The position numbers were made by a program, and so were the translations under genes. The notes below the pieces were generated by a model. It was not told the origin of the DNA, ran no database searches, and saw only the letters and a program-made list of their open reading frames with translations. Positions 17,667-28,261 of a stretch of DNA of 64,000 bases are shown here, in pieces. Numbering within the stretch: the first letter of the stretch is position 1; every line of letters begins with the position of its first letter. Source of the DNA: a bacterium (GTDB lineage Bacteria > Verrucomicrobiota > Lentisphaeria > Victivallales > GWF2-38-69); contig JAJXWI010000005.1 in the NCBI GenBank assembly GCA_021781705.1, positions 1,130 to 65,129 on the forward strand, given 5' to 3'.

Positions 17667-19382
17667 TTGACTACGAATGTTTCATATTTTTTTCAAACCA
17701 AATACTTTAGATGGTTATTTCTTGCAATTTTTGCAGCAGTTATTTTTTTTAGCGGCTCTACAAATGAAGGAATCCCGAAGGACCAGGAAGGAAGAGCTGC
17801 TATAATAGCAAAAAATATACTTATAACCGGTGACTGGCTTAATATAAATGCCCCCGGAGAAATTGAGTCGGAAAAGCCTATCATGAGTTATTGGCTTTGC
17901 GCAGCAAGCTGTTGGATATTCGGTATTAATGAGTTTGGATTGCGTATACCTACTATCCTTGCGGGAGTATTCACTGTTTTAATGACGTGCTATCTGGGAA
18001 ATAGGATATACGGCACAAAAACAGGCTTTTTGTCTGGATATCTTATAGGTACCATGATCTTCTTTGTTTTTAGCTGCCATATAGTTTTCATTGATGCTGT
18101 GCTTTGCGCGTTTTATTTGGCGTCAATGATATTTCTATACAAAGGATATTTTGAACATTATAAGGCAACACGATATTTATATTTATTTTATATTATGTTA
18201 GGGTTTACGGTTATGTTAAAGGGGCCGGTATCGGTATTGCTGGCAGGTTTAACAATTCTTTTTCTTGTCATAAAAAAAAGAAATCTAAGAATATTATGGG
18301 ATCTCAAACCAATATCCGGATTAATGATCCTTCTTTTAATTGCAGTTCCATGGTACGTTCATCAATTTATGCATAAAGGAAGCGGGTTTGCATGGGATTT
18401 TTTTGTAAATCAAAATGTCAGCCGTTTTACCGGACTGAATATGACTTATAAAGAAGGGAAAAGAGGTTCTTATTTCTTTTACTTTGTAAATCTCTTATAT
18501 GGAGCCCTTCCATGGACTATTTTAATCCCGTTTGCACTGATTACATTTTGGAAAAAACTTCTCACATTATCGGACAAAACCTATTTTTTAATTTTCTGGA
18601 TTGCCTCTGTTTTTATTTTCTTTTCACTTGCTGCTATAAAAAGAGGCGACTACATACTCCCTTTATATCCGGCTTTGGCCATTCTCATCGCACATTACAT
18701 GCAAACGACCTTTTTTGCACAGAAACTCAAATATGCAAAACTGTGGAATATGGGATGCATTGTACTTTTAATCACTGGATTGATAGCAGGAATATTCATA
18801 AAAACAGGGTTGCTTAAACATATCGGAGAATTAGCAAAACAGGATAAGCTCTCATTCATTTCAAAATGGGATGGAGTCAATATGATCGCAGTTAGCGATT
18901 GGATTAACTCATACTTTTTATTAACGGTAATATGCCTATTTGCTATCATAGCGTTAGCGTACTATTTTGGAAAATTACTTTGCCTCGGAAAAAGTGTCAG
19001 AGTCGTAACTATATCCATAGCTTTGATTTCTATATTCTTATTGTTTTATTATGTATATCTTGTTCCTTTCATGTATCAAAACGAGTCAGTAAAAGATTTC
19101 TGCAGGCAGTCCCGAATGATTATTCCTCAAGATGCCATTGTGTGCTATTATAGCGACTGGAATACTGAGGCTGTGTTTTTTAATGATCGTAAATACGAAA
19201 GAACCGGAGAATTTTATGATAAGAAAACAGAAGAATTTAAATTTATATTCACATCTCCGGACGGGTATGAAGGACTTCCTGAAAAGATAAAGAAAAAACT
19301 GTCCATCGTTCTGGAAACTGCAAAAGGGCATCGTAATCCACTGGTTCTATTGGAAGCAAAATTTGGAAGAATAGAAAAGTGA
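17667..19382 (+). CDS. Polytopic membrane glycosyltransferase, family 39 (ArnT/PMT-like)
   Basis: More than 10 predicted TM helices. The first loop EGRAAIIAKNILITGDWL...EKPIMSYWL resembles the ArnT/PMT signature. TTG start with AAGGAG 7 nt upstream. Confidence 0.72.
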   Translation: MTTNVSYFFQTKYFRWLFLAIFAAVIFFSGSTNEGIPKDQEGRAAIIAKNILITGDWLNINAPGEIESEKPIMSYWLCAASCWIFGINEFGLRIPTILAGVFTVLMTCYLGNRIYGTKTGFLSGYLIGTMIFFVFSCHIVFIDAVLCAFYLASMIFLYKGYFEHYKATRYLYLFYIMLGFTVMLKGPVSVLLAGLTILFLVIKKRNLRILWDLKPISGLMILLLIAVPWYVHQFMHKGSGFAWDFFVNQNVSRFTGLNMTYKEGKRGSYFFYFVNLLYGALPWTILIPFALITFWKKLLTLSDKTYFLIFWIASVFIFFSLAAIKRGDYILPLYPALAILIAHYMQTTFFAQKLKYAKLWNMGCIVLLITGLIAGIFIKTGLLKHIGELAKQDKLSFISKWDGVNMIAVSDWINSYFLLTVICLFAIIALAYYFGKLLCLGKSVRVVTISIALISIFLLFYYVYLVPFMYQNESVKDFCRQSRMIIPQDAIVCYYSDWNTEAVFFNDRKYERTGEFYDKKTEEFKFIFTSPDGYEGLPEKIKKKLSIVLETAKGHRNPLVLLEAKFGRIEK

Positions 19383-19537
19383 TGCGGATTGTTTTACGTA
19401 TATATTAGAATTTGAAGAATCTGAACAATTAGCAAAAAAACAGGATTTACTGACTCTATGGGAATAAGTCCTGACGGCACTAAAAAGTAACTCCCTTTTA
19501 AAAATACCTCTTTTTTTATCTTTCTTCTATTGATAGG

Positions 19538-19578
19538 TAATTAATGTAGTACTATAGTAATACATTGCTACATTAATA
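19538..19578. promoter_or_regulatory. Inverted repeat upstream of the APC permease gene (candidate operator or hairpin)
   Basis: ATTAATGTAG (19540..19549) and CTACATTAAT (19568..19577) flank an 18-nt spacer that contains the perfect palindrome TACTATAGTA. Lies ~35 nt upstream of ATG 19611. Confidence 0.25.
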
Positions 19579-19610
19579 CTAAAAAGAACAAGTAAGGAAA
19601 GGATAACAAC

Positions 19611-21011
19611 ATGAGTAATAAAAAAATTGGCATCATCGGCCTTGTTATGATAAATCTTATAGCTATTGATAGCTTAAGGAACATCCCTCTAACGGCTCCT
19701 GCCGGATTATACATATTAGCTTTATACATTGCCGCAGTGCTACTATTCTTTATCCCATGCGCAATAGCCGTTGGAGAATTAACTTGTAAATGGCCCGTGA
19801 TGGGCGGACTTTCAGTCTGGGTGGATCAGGCATTCGGTCCAAATGCCAGCTTCTTTGTTGTGTGGCTGCAATGGATATACAACTTGACATGGTTTCCATC
19901 CATAACAGCGTTTGCGGCAACACATCTTGCTTACGGCTGGGCCTTTACCGCTCAAAATAATTTCGTGCCATTGACAACCTCTCCGGCTTTTATAACCATT
20001 TTGTGCATTATCCTGTTTTGGAGTGCCACATTAATAAATTGCTTCGGAATTAGGCCGGCAAGCATCCTTAGCGGAATAGGCACTGTTGCCGGAACTCTAA
20101 TACCGATGACATTGATAATTGCGCTCGGAATAACCTGGATAATCATGGGCAATCAAATAAATCTTTTTTCTGCCAGCTTCAGTTGCGACCATGGGAGTGT
20201 AATGGGGCTCTTCGTGGTGGTCCTTTTCAGCCTTATGGGGCTTGAGATGGCTTCAGCGCACGCAGGTGCAGTAAATAATCCTCAAAAAAATTATCCCAGA
20301 GCATTATGGCTTACGGTATTAGTCGTTCCGCTATCTCTGATTCTTTCAAACCTTGCTATTGGCCTGGTTATTCCCCCGAACCAGATAAATCCCAGGGCAG
20401 GATTGATTGACTCTTTTGTAATATTCTTCAATGCCTTCAAAATGCCATGGATGTCAGGAATCATAGCCTTTTCGTTGTTTATAGGAGCCTTCGGAGCTAT
20501 AGGCACGTGGTCTTTTGGGCTTTCAAGATATTTAAACAAAATATCTGAGCGTGGTTATCTTCCTAAAATATTTGCTAAAACAAATAAAAACAACGTCTCG
20601 AAAAATGCCCTCATACTTCAGGGTATAATCGTAACAATTCTAAGTTTTCTATACTTGTGGATGCCTAACGTAGAAACAGCATACTGGTATTTAAGCTGCC
20701 TCACTGCTCAACTGGCACTCATTGCTTATATAATATTTTTTATTGCCGCTATAAAGCTGAGAATAAAGAACACTTGGGACAAACAAAAAGAATATGTTTT
20801 TGGTCCGACATGGGTTAGCGTATCTTTCTATGCCCTAGGAATAATAGGTTGCTCAATCGGGCTATTTGCCGGGTTCGTATTACCAGGCGACACTTCCATG
20901 CCCTTGTGGAAATTTAATGTTATGCTTGCTCTGGGCATTATAATTACCTGCACAATTCCTGTAATAGTAATGATAGTCAAAAAAGCCAGAATCAAAAAAA
21001 ATGTATGTTGA
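19611..21011 (+). CDS. Amino acid/polyamine/organocation (APC) superfamily permease
   Basis: About 12 hydrophobic segments. The N-terminal pattern IGLVMINLIAIDSLRNIPLTA...FFIPCAIAVGELT is typical of GadC/APC-type amino-acid transporters. Confidence 0.78.
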   Translation: MSNKKIGIIGLVMINLIAIDSLRNIPLTAPAGLYILALYIAAVLLFFIPCAIAVGELTCKWPVMGGLSVWVDQAFGPNASFFVVWLQWIYNLTWFPSITAFAATHLAYGWAFTAQNNFVPLTTSPAFITILCIILFWSATLINCFGIRPASILSGIGTVAGTLIPMTLIIALGITWIIMGNQINLFSASFSCDHGSVMGLFVVVLFSLMGLEMASAHAGAVNNPQKNYPRALWLTVLVVPLSLILSNLAIGLVIPPNQINPRAGLIDSFVIFFNAFKMPWMSGIIAFSLFIGAFGAIGTWSFGLSRYLNKISERGYLPKIFAKTNKNNVSKNALILQGIIVTILSFLYLWMPNVETAYWYLSCLTAQLALIAYIIFFIAAIKLRIKNTWDKQKEYVFGPTWVSVSFYALGIIGCSIGLFAGFVLPGDTSMPLWKFNVMLALGIIITCTIPVIVMIVKKARIKKNVC

Positions 21012-21241
21012 AAAGGGGCATGAGCTTCTACCGCAAGAGGCTCGTGAATATTTCTTTCGATATATTCTTCTACGTCTATTTCGGTACACCCCTCTGATTT
21101 TGTTACAAAATCGTAGGGGCATTCAATGGACGACTTTGAAATGGTTTTTCGAGTAATTCGGTTTCCGAATCGTATCGAGGAGGGCGATCGAGAAGAGTTC
21201 AATATCTTCGGATTGCATCATCAAGAATGCTGAAAAGAACT

Positions 21242-21532
21242 CTATTTTTTCATTTTATTTAGTATTGTTAAATAGCCATGATAACGTTCATCTTTTAAAA
21301 ACCTTGCAACTCTACCTATAGTAGTTAAACTTGCCCCCGTAATAAGGTGAATATCTCTGTAGGATAGGTCACCTTTTTCCAGCAATTTGCACACTTTCCA
21401 TCGTTCAGCAAGTGCCCCCATTTCCTGGGGAGTGCATAAATCCTTTAGGAAATTATATGCTTCTTCTTTTGTTTCTAAAAGCAATAGTGCTTCACAGAGA
21501 TCGATAATGGCTTTTTGATGATCATTCTTCAC
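21242..21532 (-). CDS. TrpR-related YerC/YecD family DNA-binding protein
   Basis: 96 aa with LCTPQE...LAERW.V..LL..G.SYRDI...TGAS..TI.RV.R.L, the family hallmark. Confidence 0.8.
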   Translation of the reverse strand: MKNDHQKAIIDLCEALLLLETKEEAYNFLKDLCTPQEMGALAERWKVCKLLEKGDLSYRDIHLITGASLTTIGRVARFLKDERYHGYLTILNKMKK

Positions 21533-21570
21533 GTCCAGCTCCTGTCGTAAGCATTCAATGTGTCAGGAAT

Positions 21571-22662
21571 TTACCTTTTTGTTATTCTATAAAGAAAATA
21601 TAATCCGCCTATTTGATAAACAATATTGGGAATCCATAATAGTATTTGAGGGCATAGTTTAGGATAACTGCTCAAGGTATTACATGCAATAATAAAGAAG
21701 AAATAAATTCCAGACAGAATGATGCTGACAAAGAGACCTATAGACGTTTCTTTTCGTGAAGTTCTTATTGCCAGCGGGAAGCCGAGGAGCAGAAACGCGA
21801 TGGGAGAAAGCCCCATAGCAAACATCAGGTTAAGCGTGACTTCGGCCTCAGTTGTATCTATGCCGGCTTTTTTGTAAAGTATTATACGCCCTATGAGCTC
21901 TTTATAGGTCAGGAAATCAATACGTCTTGAGAGAGCCATTTCATTTAATTCTCTTTCGACATTAACAGTTATCGTAAATTCTTTGCCATAGATTCTGTCC
22001 TTTGGCAAATCTTTCTGATAATTTATGATGTTATAATTGTACAAAATTACAGAAGTTGTGCCCTTTTCTTTATCAACTTTTACTATCCCATTAGAAGCTG
22101 TTATATCCTGTTCAATATTTTTTCTGTCATTATCAAATTTAAAAACCTGTATATCTCTAATTGTATTGTTTTCCCCTTTGTTTTTTACATAAATAACGAC
22201 ATTGCCCAAATCGTTAGACTGCCCAGGCGTAATGAACGCAGAAGGGTCGTTGAATCCGACAAATTTCACTAACATTCTTGCCTTGCCCATAAAATGCGGA
22301 GAAAGGTCAGACTGTAGAAAAATGCATATGATTGTAAGGACAAAAGTCAAAATAATAAGGGGCGATATTATTTGAAAGATAGATATACCGCATGCCCTCA
22401 TCGCCGTGATTTCATTATCCGCGGACATTTTTCCAAACATTAGAAGTACTGCAATCAAAATGCCCCATGGAATAGTAAAACTAAACACCATGGGAAGAAT
22501 GTAAACAGCAAACTTCAGTGCATTATCAAGCGGAATGCCTGCAGCAACAAGCTGAAAAACTCGTATCATATTGCCGCCAACCATGCCAAATGTCAAAATG
22601 ATTATTGCGGCTGCAATAATAAAAAGGAGATTTTTAGTTACATATAAATTAAGCGTTTTCAT
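21571..22662 (-). CDS. LPS export ABC permease, LptF/LptG (YjgP/YjgQ) family
   Basis: N-terminal LYVTKNLL..., conserved LP....FTIPWGILIAVLLMFGKMSADNEITAMRACGIS, a central periplasmic beta-jellyroll-sized insert and C-terminal TM helices. Confidence 0.85.
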   Translation of the reverse strand: MKTLNLYVTKNLLFIIAAAIIILTFGMVGGNMIRVFQLVAAGIPLDNALKFAVYILPMVFSFTIPWGILIAVLLMFGKMSADNEITAMRACGISIFQIISPLIILTFVLTIICIFLQSDLSPHFMGKARMLVKFVGFNDPSAFITPGQSNDLGNVVIYVKNKGENNTIRDIQVFKFDNDRKNIEQDITASNGIVKVDKEKGTTSVILYNYNIINYQKDLPKDRIYGKEFTITVNVERELNEMALSRRIDFLTYKELIGRIILYKKAGIDTTEAEVTLNLMFAMGLSPIAFLLLGFPLAIRTSRKETSIGLFVSIILSGIYFFFIIACNTLSSYPKLCPQILLWIPNIVYQIGGLYFLYRITKR

Positions 22663-22664
22663 GC

Positions 22665-24992
22665 CTAATAGTCGACTCCAACGTCAAAATAAAATTGAGG
22701 GGAAGAGCTATAGCTGCCGTCCGTCTTGTTCACGGGAAAACCAAGGTCTAATCTTATGGGGACAGACGATATTTGAGGAATCAATATTCTTAATCCATAG
22801 CCGGTGCCGACATTCAAATTAGGCTGATATTGAAAGGGGCATTGCCAAGCGTTTCCAACATCCACAAACGGAGCTCCCCTTATCCACTTATAAATGGGAT
22901 GAGACATTTCAACCGTACCGGAAAGCATAGATAAACCGCCAGTCGGGTTGTTGTTGCGGTCTAAAGGCGAAACCTCCATAAATTTGAAACCTCTTAAAGA
23001 ATTTTGACCGCCGAGAAAGTATCTTTGATAAATTGGTACAGCGCTATTATCTGATCCCATGGCGCCGGTAGCCCCGACTTTACCGCCAGCATGAAGCACA
23101 AGCATCTTTTCTAAGAAATTCCAATACCCATGGGCAGAGCCATCGAGTCCGTAATAGTTTGAACTGCCGCCCAGAGCCTGAGCATTTAAAAGACCGTTGG
23201 CACCCACCATATATCCTGATGTGGGATTAAATAAATCATCCCTGGTATCCCTCTGTAGATTGAGTTTGAAAGCGCTTTTTGTGCTCCATCCTGTCATGTC
23301 ATCTTGGAAGCTCTGTGAATAACCTTTCCCCATACTGTATACTTTTACTCTATCCAACACATATCCCAATCCAATGCTGTTAAACTCTCCAATCTGTTTA
23401 TTAAGGGCTAAATCAAAACCAATGTGCTGTTCGGACCAGTTTGGATAATCTCTTATATGGAAAAATAACTTGTTATCAAGTCGTAACGGGATTCCAAAAA
23501 GCCAAGGTTCGCTAAATGCAAGCTCCAAGTCGCTTCTTTGAAGACCTATTTGTGCCAACAAGCTAAGTCTTTGTCCACCGCCGCGGAAATAAGAATAGGG
23601 GTCTGTAATATCAAAATTTGACTCAACAAGAGACAATCTGCCAACCAAGCTATCATCGCTTGAATACCCCGCGCCTACGGATACCTTAGCTGTCGCTTTT
23701 TCTTCAACTTCATAGTTAACATCCTTTTCTCCGGCAACGGGGGTAGAAGAAGGATACGTTTCTACCTTGTTGAAGTAATTCATCGCCATCAATCTGGACT
23801 TCCCTGCATCTATAAGCGTATTATTGACAGGTTCTCCCGGTTGTATTGGAAGTTCGCGTCTTATCACGTGATCTTTTGTTATTTTATTGCCTGATATGTT
23901 AATATTTCTAACATTATAGGCTTGCCCCTCGGTAATGTTAAAAACTAGATCTACAATATGTGTTTTATAGTCTGGCGCCAAGTCAGTTTTTACGGATATG
24001 TTGCAATAACCCAATTTGTCAAATTTTCTCTTGATGGCCGCAATAGATCCTTCCTCTTTCTTATAATTATAAACTTCTCCCTTCTTGAGTGTTATAATTT
24101 TTACAAGTTCTTCCGTCGAGAAAATATCACCGCCATTGATCTTTACTTCGCCAATTTTATAAGGCTGCCCTTCAGTAATATTAAAAACGACATCGACATA
24201 GTCATGTTTGGCAGCCATTTTTTTTACATCGACTTTGACTGAAAAATCTAAATATCCTTTAGTCCAATAAAGATTTCTTAACCTGAGCTTATCCTGATCT
24301 GCTGTGACGTCCTCATAAAGACCCCAGTCCAAAACCCAATTCAAATATGAATGGCTTGTTTGTATTTCATCGGACAGCGTCCATCCCGAAAACGCAGTAT
24401 TACCCGAAAAGCTAACGCTGTTTACCTTTACTCTAAGATTTTCATCTATAGCAAAAGTAACAATAACATCCCCGTTTTTTGTATCTATTGTCGAAGGAAA
24501 TACAGTAGCGTCATGATAGCCGCCATCATAGTAGAGCTTTTTTATATTTTCCAAACTTTCCTGGAGCAGTTTTTTTGTAAAAGGATCGGATTTTTTTAGC
24601 CTGATTTGCTCCATTATTTTTTCGATTGAAAACTTATCATTCCCTTTTACTTTTATATCCTGCACTCTCGGAGTATTTGTAAGCTTAAAATTGATGTTTG
24701 TTTTCCCGTCTGCACCTGCAGATGTTTTGGCTTCAACATCACTAAAGTATCCGCTGTCATAAAGAGCTTTTATATCGTTATTGAGTTTTTCCTGCGAAAA
24801 TACCTCTCCAGACTTCAATGAGATAGTATAGATAATAAGGTCGTTTGGTACTTTTAAAGCACCAGTCTGTTCAAATGTAACTTTACCGACATCTGTCGCA
24901 TTTAATGCAAAAAAAGAGCAGTAAACTGCTAAAAAAAGAGCAAAATATTTTTTCAAATTAAAGTCCCATAGTTTGAATTTTAAAGAATACAA
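22665..24992 (-). CDS. bamA: Outer membrane protein assembly factor BamA
   Basis: Repeated POTRA-like modules (G.PY.IG.V.I.GN..F...EL) followed by an Omp85/D15 beta-barrel that ends ...PQFYFDVGVDY. The start may be the internal TTG at 24956, which gives the signal MKKYFALFLAVYCSFFALNA. Confidence 0.9.
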   Translation of the reverse strand: MYSLKFKLWDFNLKKYFALFLAVYCSFFALNATDVGKVTFEQTGALKVPNDLIIYTISLKSGEVFSQEKLNNDIKALYDSGYFSDVEAKTSAGADGKTNINFKLTNTPRVQDIKVKGNDKFSIEKIMEQIRLKKSDPFTKKLLQESLENIKKLYYDGGYHDATVFPSTIDTKNGDVIVTFAIDENLRVKVNSVSFSGNTAFSGWTLSDEIQTSHSYLNWVLDWGLYEDVTADQDKLRLRNLYWTKGYLDFSVKVDVKKMAAKHDYVDVVFNITEGQPYKIGEVKINGGDIFSTEELVKIITLKKGEVYNYKKEEGSIAAIKRKFDKLGYCNISVKTDLAPDYKTHIVDLVFNITEGQAYNVRNINISGNKITKDHVIRRELPIQPGEPVNNTLIDAGKSRLMAMNYFNKVETYPSSTPVAGEKDVNYEVEEKATAKVSVGAGYSSDDSLVGRLSLVESNFDITDPYSYFRGGGQRLSLLAQIGLQRSDLELAFSEPWLFGIPLRLDNKLFFHIRDYPNWSEQHIGFDLALNKQIGEFNSIGLGYVLDRVKVYSMGKGYSQSFQDDMTGWSTKSAFKLNLQRDTRDDLFNPTSGYMVGANGLLNAQALGGSSNYYGLDGSAHGYWNFLEKMLVLHAGGKVGATGAMGSDNSAVPIYQRYFLGGQNSLRGFKFMEVSPLDRNNNPTGGLSMLSGTVEMSHPIYKWIRGAPFVDVGNAWQCPFQYQPNLNVGTGYGLRILIPQISSVPIRLDLGFPVNKTDGSYSSSPQFYFDVGVDY

Positions 24993-25002
24993 CTTTAGTC
25001 AA

Positions 25003-26415
25003 TTACGCCTCATTATATCTCGATAAACTGCGAAATGTTGTTATTTTTGGGAAAAAGACCAATTTTGCTATTCCGGTCTGGCCGTTTCTGTTTTTTTCCA
25101 CTATTAACTCGGCCTCAACGGATTCTACAGAAATGTCTTTTTGCGGATCCCTATCCCTGTGCAGAAACATAACAATATCTGCATCCTGCTCTATTGCTCC
25201 AGACTCTCTCAAATGACTCAGCTTTGGCCTGTCCTGCTGCTCTGCTTGACGATTTAATTGAGCCAAAACAACAATTGGTATGTTTAATTCTTTTGCAAGA
25301 GATTTTATTCCTGTTGATATATTCGACACCTCTACTTGTCTTGTGTCATTTCTATTCACTTCAGCTTTCATAAGCTGCAAATAATCTATAATTATCACAT
25401 CGATTTTAAGTTTGGCTTTAAGTCTTACCGCTTTGGCTCTGAGGTCAAAAACCGTAAGAGCAGGGGTGGGGTCAATGTACAAATTTGATTTGCCCAAATC
25501 TGCCGCAGCCTTGGTTATTTTAGACCATTTTGCTCCGAAATCATTGTCGTTAAATCTCTTATCATAAAAATCTTTTTCGGAAATTTCCGCTATGCTGCAA
25601 AGAAGTCTTCTCGTAACTTGGTCAGCAGACATTTCCAAGCTGAAAAAGGCAACATTTTTCTTTTTTGCCAATGCTATATGCGTAGCAATATTTAATGCTA
25701 AAGAAGTTTTTCCAATGGATGGCCGCGCCGCTATAACTATCATTTCCTGATTTCTTAGCCCAATAATAATGTCGTCCAGTGATGGAAAACCCGTACTTAT
25801 CCCCGTGGCTTCTATTTTTCTCTCATGAAGAGCTTCAAAATATTTGACGGCAGTTTCTATATGTTCTTCTACTCTTGTGGCACCTATGGGAGAGTTAACA
25901 TCTCTTACACTGAATATGGAACTTTCGATTTTTGATAACAACTCGTTTACATTATCTATATCTGCCTGATAACAACTGTTTATCACCGAAGCGCATGTGG
26001 CTATCATCTTTCTTAGAGAAGAGAGATTGTATAGTATTTCACTCCAGCGCTCAATGTTGGCGGTCGTAGCAATGCAATTCTGTAATTCTAACAGATATTC
26101 TTCTCCTCCTATGCTCTTCAATAACCCTTCTTTATTCAAGATGGAAGAAACAGAAAAAATATCTATCGTTTTTGATCTTCTGTCAGAAGATTCTTTAATA
26201 ATTGCGGAAAATATCTTTTGATGGGATGGATAGTAAAAGACTTCTGGAGAGCGAATCTTTTCAGAGGCAATAATTCTGGATTCCTCTTCCAAAAGCATAG
26301 CGCCTAATACGGCTTTTTCTAACTGTAAATCATGCGGCGGAGGTTGATCATTACGAAAAAAATAATCACTTCCCAGCGGCGTATTCCGAGCCTTTATTTC
26401 ACGATCTGCAGTCAT
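25003..26415 (-). CDS. dnaB: Replicative DNA helicase DnaB
   Basis: PPHDLQLEKAVLGAML N-terminal domain, Walker A AARPSIGKTSLAL, IIIDYLQLM and LSHLRESGAIEQDADIVMFLHR. Confidence 0.95.
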   Translation of the reverse strand: MTADREIKARNTPLGSDYFFRNDQPPPHDLQLEKAVLGAMLLEEESRIIASEKIRSPEVFYYPSHQKIFSAIIKESSDRRSKTIDIFSVSSILNKEGLLKSIGGEEYLLELQNCIATTANIERWSEILYNLSSLRKMIATCASVINSCYQADIDNVNELLSKIESSIFSVRDVNSPIGATRVEEHIETAVKYFEALHERKIEATGISTGFPSLDDIIIGLRNQEMIVIAARPSIGKTSLALNIATHIALAKKKNVAFFSLEMSADQVTRRLLCSIAEISEKDFYDKRFNDNDFGAKWSKITKAAADLGKSNLYIDPTPALTVFDLRAKAVRLKAKLKIDVIIIDYLQLMKAEVNRNDTRQVEVSNISTGIKSLAKELNIPIVVLAQLNRQAEQQDRPKLSHLRESGAIEQDADIVMFLHRDRDPQKDISVESVEAELIVEKNRNGQTGIAKLVFFPKITTFRSLSRYNEA

Positions 26416-26435
26416 AATTTTATCAGATACTAGTT

Positions 26436-26463
26436 GGTTCGTAGTTCGTGGTTCGTAGTTGAC
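26436..26463 (+). repeat. Heptamer tandem repeat (G/A)GTTCGT x3 plus a degenerate fourth unit
   Basis: ggttcgt agttcgt ggttcgt agttgac, 20 nt upstream of the dnaB start (antisense to dnaB). Same unit as at 7467..7494. Confidence 0.85.
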
Positions 26464-26618
26464 GAAAAATAATACTCAAGTAATATCCCAAAGTAATTTT
26501 TTTCTGGCAACTGATAGTTATTTGCCGGCAATTTGTAGAGAATTTACTACAGCCATCAGCCAAGCATTAAATTTATATGCTAGCACGATCCCGCATTGCG
26601 GGACCATGCTGCTTTTAA

Positions 26619-27068
26619 TTAACCCTTTACAACAGAAATCTTAAGAGTTAAAACAACTTCAGGATGAAGTTTGATTTTAACTTCGTAAGAACCAAGTTCC
26701 TTGATGGGAGTCGCAAGTTGAATCTTATGATGATCCACTTCCATTCCAAGCTCAACAATACGCTGAGCAATAGTATATGGAGTAACTGAACCAAACAATC
26801 TGTTATCTTCTCCAACATTAACAGGAATTTCTACCTTAAGCGTAGAAAGTTTAGCTGCTGTCTGCCGAACCTTTTCAATTTCCAGATTTCTCTTTTCTTC
26901 TATCTTTCCTCTACGCGCCTCAAACTGCCTTAAAGCTCCTTTCGATACATTAAGCGCCAGTTTTTTCGGAACAAGATAATTTCTTGCGTAGCCAGGAAGC
27001 ACGGCAACAACATCTCCTGCTTTTCCCAAGCTTTCGATATCTTCCAATAAAATATATTTTTCTTTCAT
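26619..27068 (-). CDS. rplI: 50S ribosomal protein L9
   Basis: ILLEDIESLGKAGDVVAVLPGYARNYLVPKKLA N-terminal signature. 149 aa. Confidence 0.95.
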   Translation of the reverse strand: MKEKYILLEDIESLGKAGDVVAVLPGYARNYLVPKKLALNVSKGALRQFEARRGKIEEKRNLEIEKVRQTAAKLSTLKVEIPVNVGEDNRLFGSVTPYTIAQRIVELGMEVDHHKIQLATPIKELGSYEVKIKLHPEVVLTLKISVVKG

Positions 27069-27096
27069 AGTTTTATCCTGAATTTAAGTTAACTGA

Positions 27097-27330
27097 CTAC
27101 AAAACTAAACCGAGAACCCTTGCCCTCTTTATAGCAGTACAAAGCATCTTTTGATGTATCAGGCAGTTACCTGTTACACGGCGCGGAAGAATCCTTCCGT
27201 TTTCAGTCTGAAATCTATTAAGTATTTCAGCGTCTAAAAAATCTATATAATTGACTTTATTCTCACAAAATCTGCAGACCCTGGGTCTGAATTCTCTTCT
27301 TACATTTCTTCTTCTTGGTTTTCTTTCCAT
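27097..27330 (-). CDS. rpsR: 30S ribosomal protein S18
   Basis: RVCRFCENKVNYIDF..., ILPRRVTG.C...Q..L..AIKRAR. ATG at 27330 preferred over TTG at 27339. Confidence 0.9.
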   Translation of the reverse strand: MERKPRRRNVRREFRPRVCRFCENKVNYIDFLDAEILNRFQTENGRILPRRVTGNCLIHQKMLCTAIKRARVLGLVL

Positions 27331-27368
27331 AATTCGCAAGTATCTCCAAATAATTATTTTTTATTTTT

Positions 27369-27884
27369 TTAGAAAGGAATGTCATCCTGATGCTCGGATT
27401 CTTCTTCAAAAACATCCCGAGGGGGAATCGGCATAGATTGTTCGCTTTTAACCTGATTGTGCGAAGAATAGTTCTCCTTTACAGGTCTGGCTGTTTCAGC
27501 ACTAGCTTCTTCTTCAGAATATTCATCACCCTGAGCTCTGTTGTAATTACCTTCACTCCGTGAACCTATAAACTGAACACGATCTGCTGCGACACGCAAT
27601 TTAGATCTCTTGTTGCCTTCCTTGTCTTCCCATGAATCTGTCTTAAGACGACCTTCTACAAACACGGCAGAACCTTTATGCAGATATTTTCCGCATGAAT
27701 CCGCTTGCCTGCCCCATACTACTATGTCCACAAAGCAAACCTCTTCTTTTTCCTGCCCGTTAACTGTGTACTTTCTATTAATAGCAATAGAGAACTCACA
27801 AACAGTAGAACCTGACATAATGGAAGCAAGTTTAGGATCCCTAGTCAGATTACCCATCAGTATTACTTTATTAAAAGACGCCAT
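27369..27884 (-). CDS. ssb: Single-stranded DNA-binding protein
   Basis: OB-fold start MASFNKVILMGNLTRDP, a Gly/Glu-rich linker and the canonical acidic tip ...DDIPF. Confidence 0.95.
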   Translation of the reverse strand: MASFNKVILMGNLTRDPKLASIMSGSTVCEFSIAINRKYTVNGQEKEEVCFVDIVVWGRQADSCGKYLHKGSAVFVEGRLKTDSWEDKEGNKRSKLRVAADRVQFIGSRSEGNYNRAQGDEYSEEEASAETARPVKENYSSHNQVKSEQSMPIPPRDVFEEESEHQDDIPF

Positions 27885-27916
27885 GGATTACATCCCATCA
27901 TAACGTTCAGTTACCA

Positions 27917-28261
27917 TTAAATAATAACTGAATCATTTTTTAAAATTTCTTCACTTGCCTTTATCTGGTTTTCAGGCCTGTCATAAGCAAAAATTTGCAT
28001 GCGCAGAACTTTTTCATCAAGTTTGTATTTTTCAGGAATATCTTTTATGGCGCTTTCTTTTGCTGTAAAAACAAAATCCATATAGATGCCTGTTTTGTGT
28101 TTCTTGATCTCTCTCGCAAACATTTTGCGACCTAGAGGAGTTATGCTAACCATTTCTCCACCGGCCCCGGAAACTACTGAGGAAAAATCCTCAGAAAAAG
28201 CTTTTCCTTCGTCCTGAATCTTTCTATCGTCCAGGATGACTACGGTTTCATACTTTTTCAA
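27917..28261 (-). CDS. rpsF: 30S ribosomal protein S6
   Basis: MKKYETVVILD start, the expected size, and the conserved position upstream of ssb-rpsR-rplI. Confidence 0.9.
   Translation of the reverse strand: MKKYETVVILDDRKIQDEGKAFSEDFSSVVSGAGGEMVSITPLGRKMFAREIKKHKTGIYMDFVFTAKESAIKDIPEKYKLDEKVLRMQIFAYDRPENQIKASEEILKNDSVII

Noticed and set aside
20828-21202. 124-aa minus-strand ORF downstream of the APC permease. The region 21012..21241 might hold a small gene or a gene remnant
   Set aside because: About 180 nt of the ORF overlap the 3' end of the well-supported permease gene. The start is TTG without an RBS, and alternative frames give only 25-31 aa peptides. A decayed remnant cannot be excluded, but nothing is recognisable.
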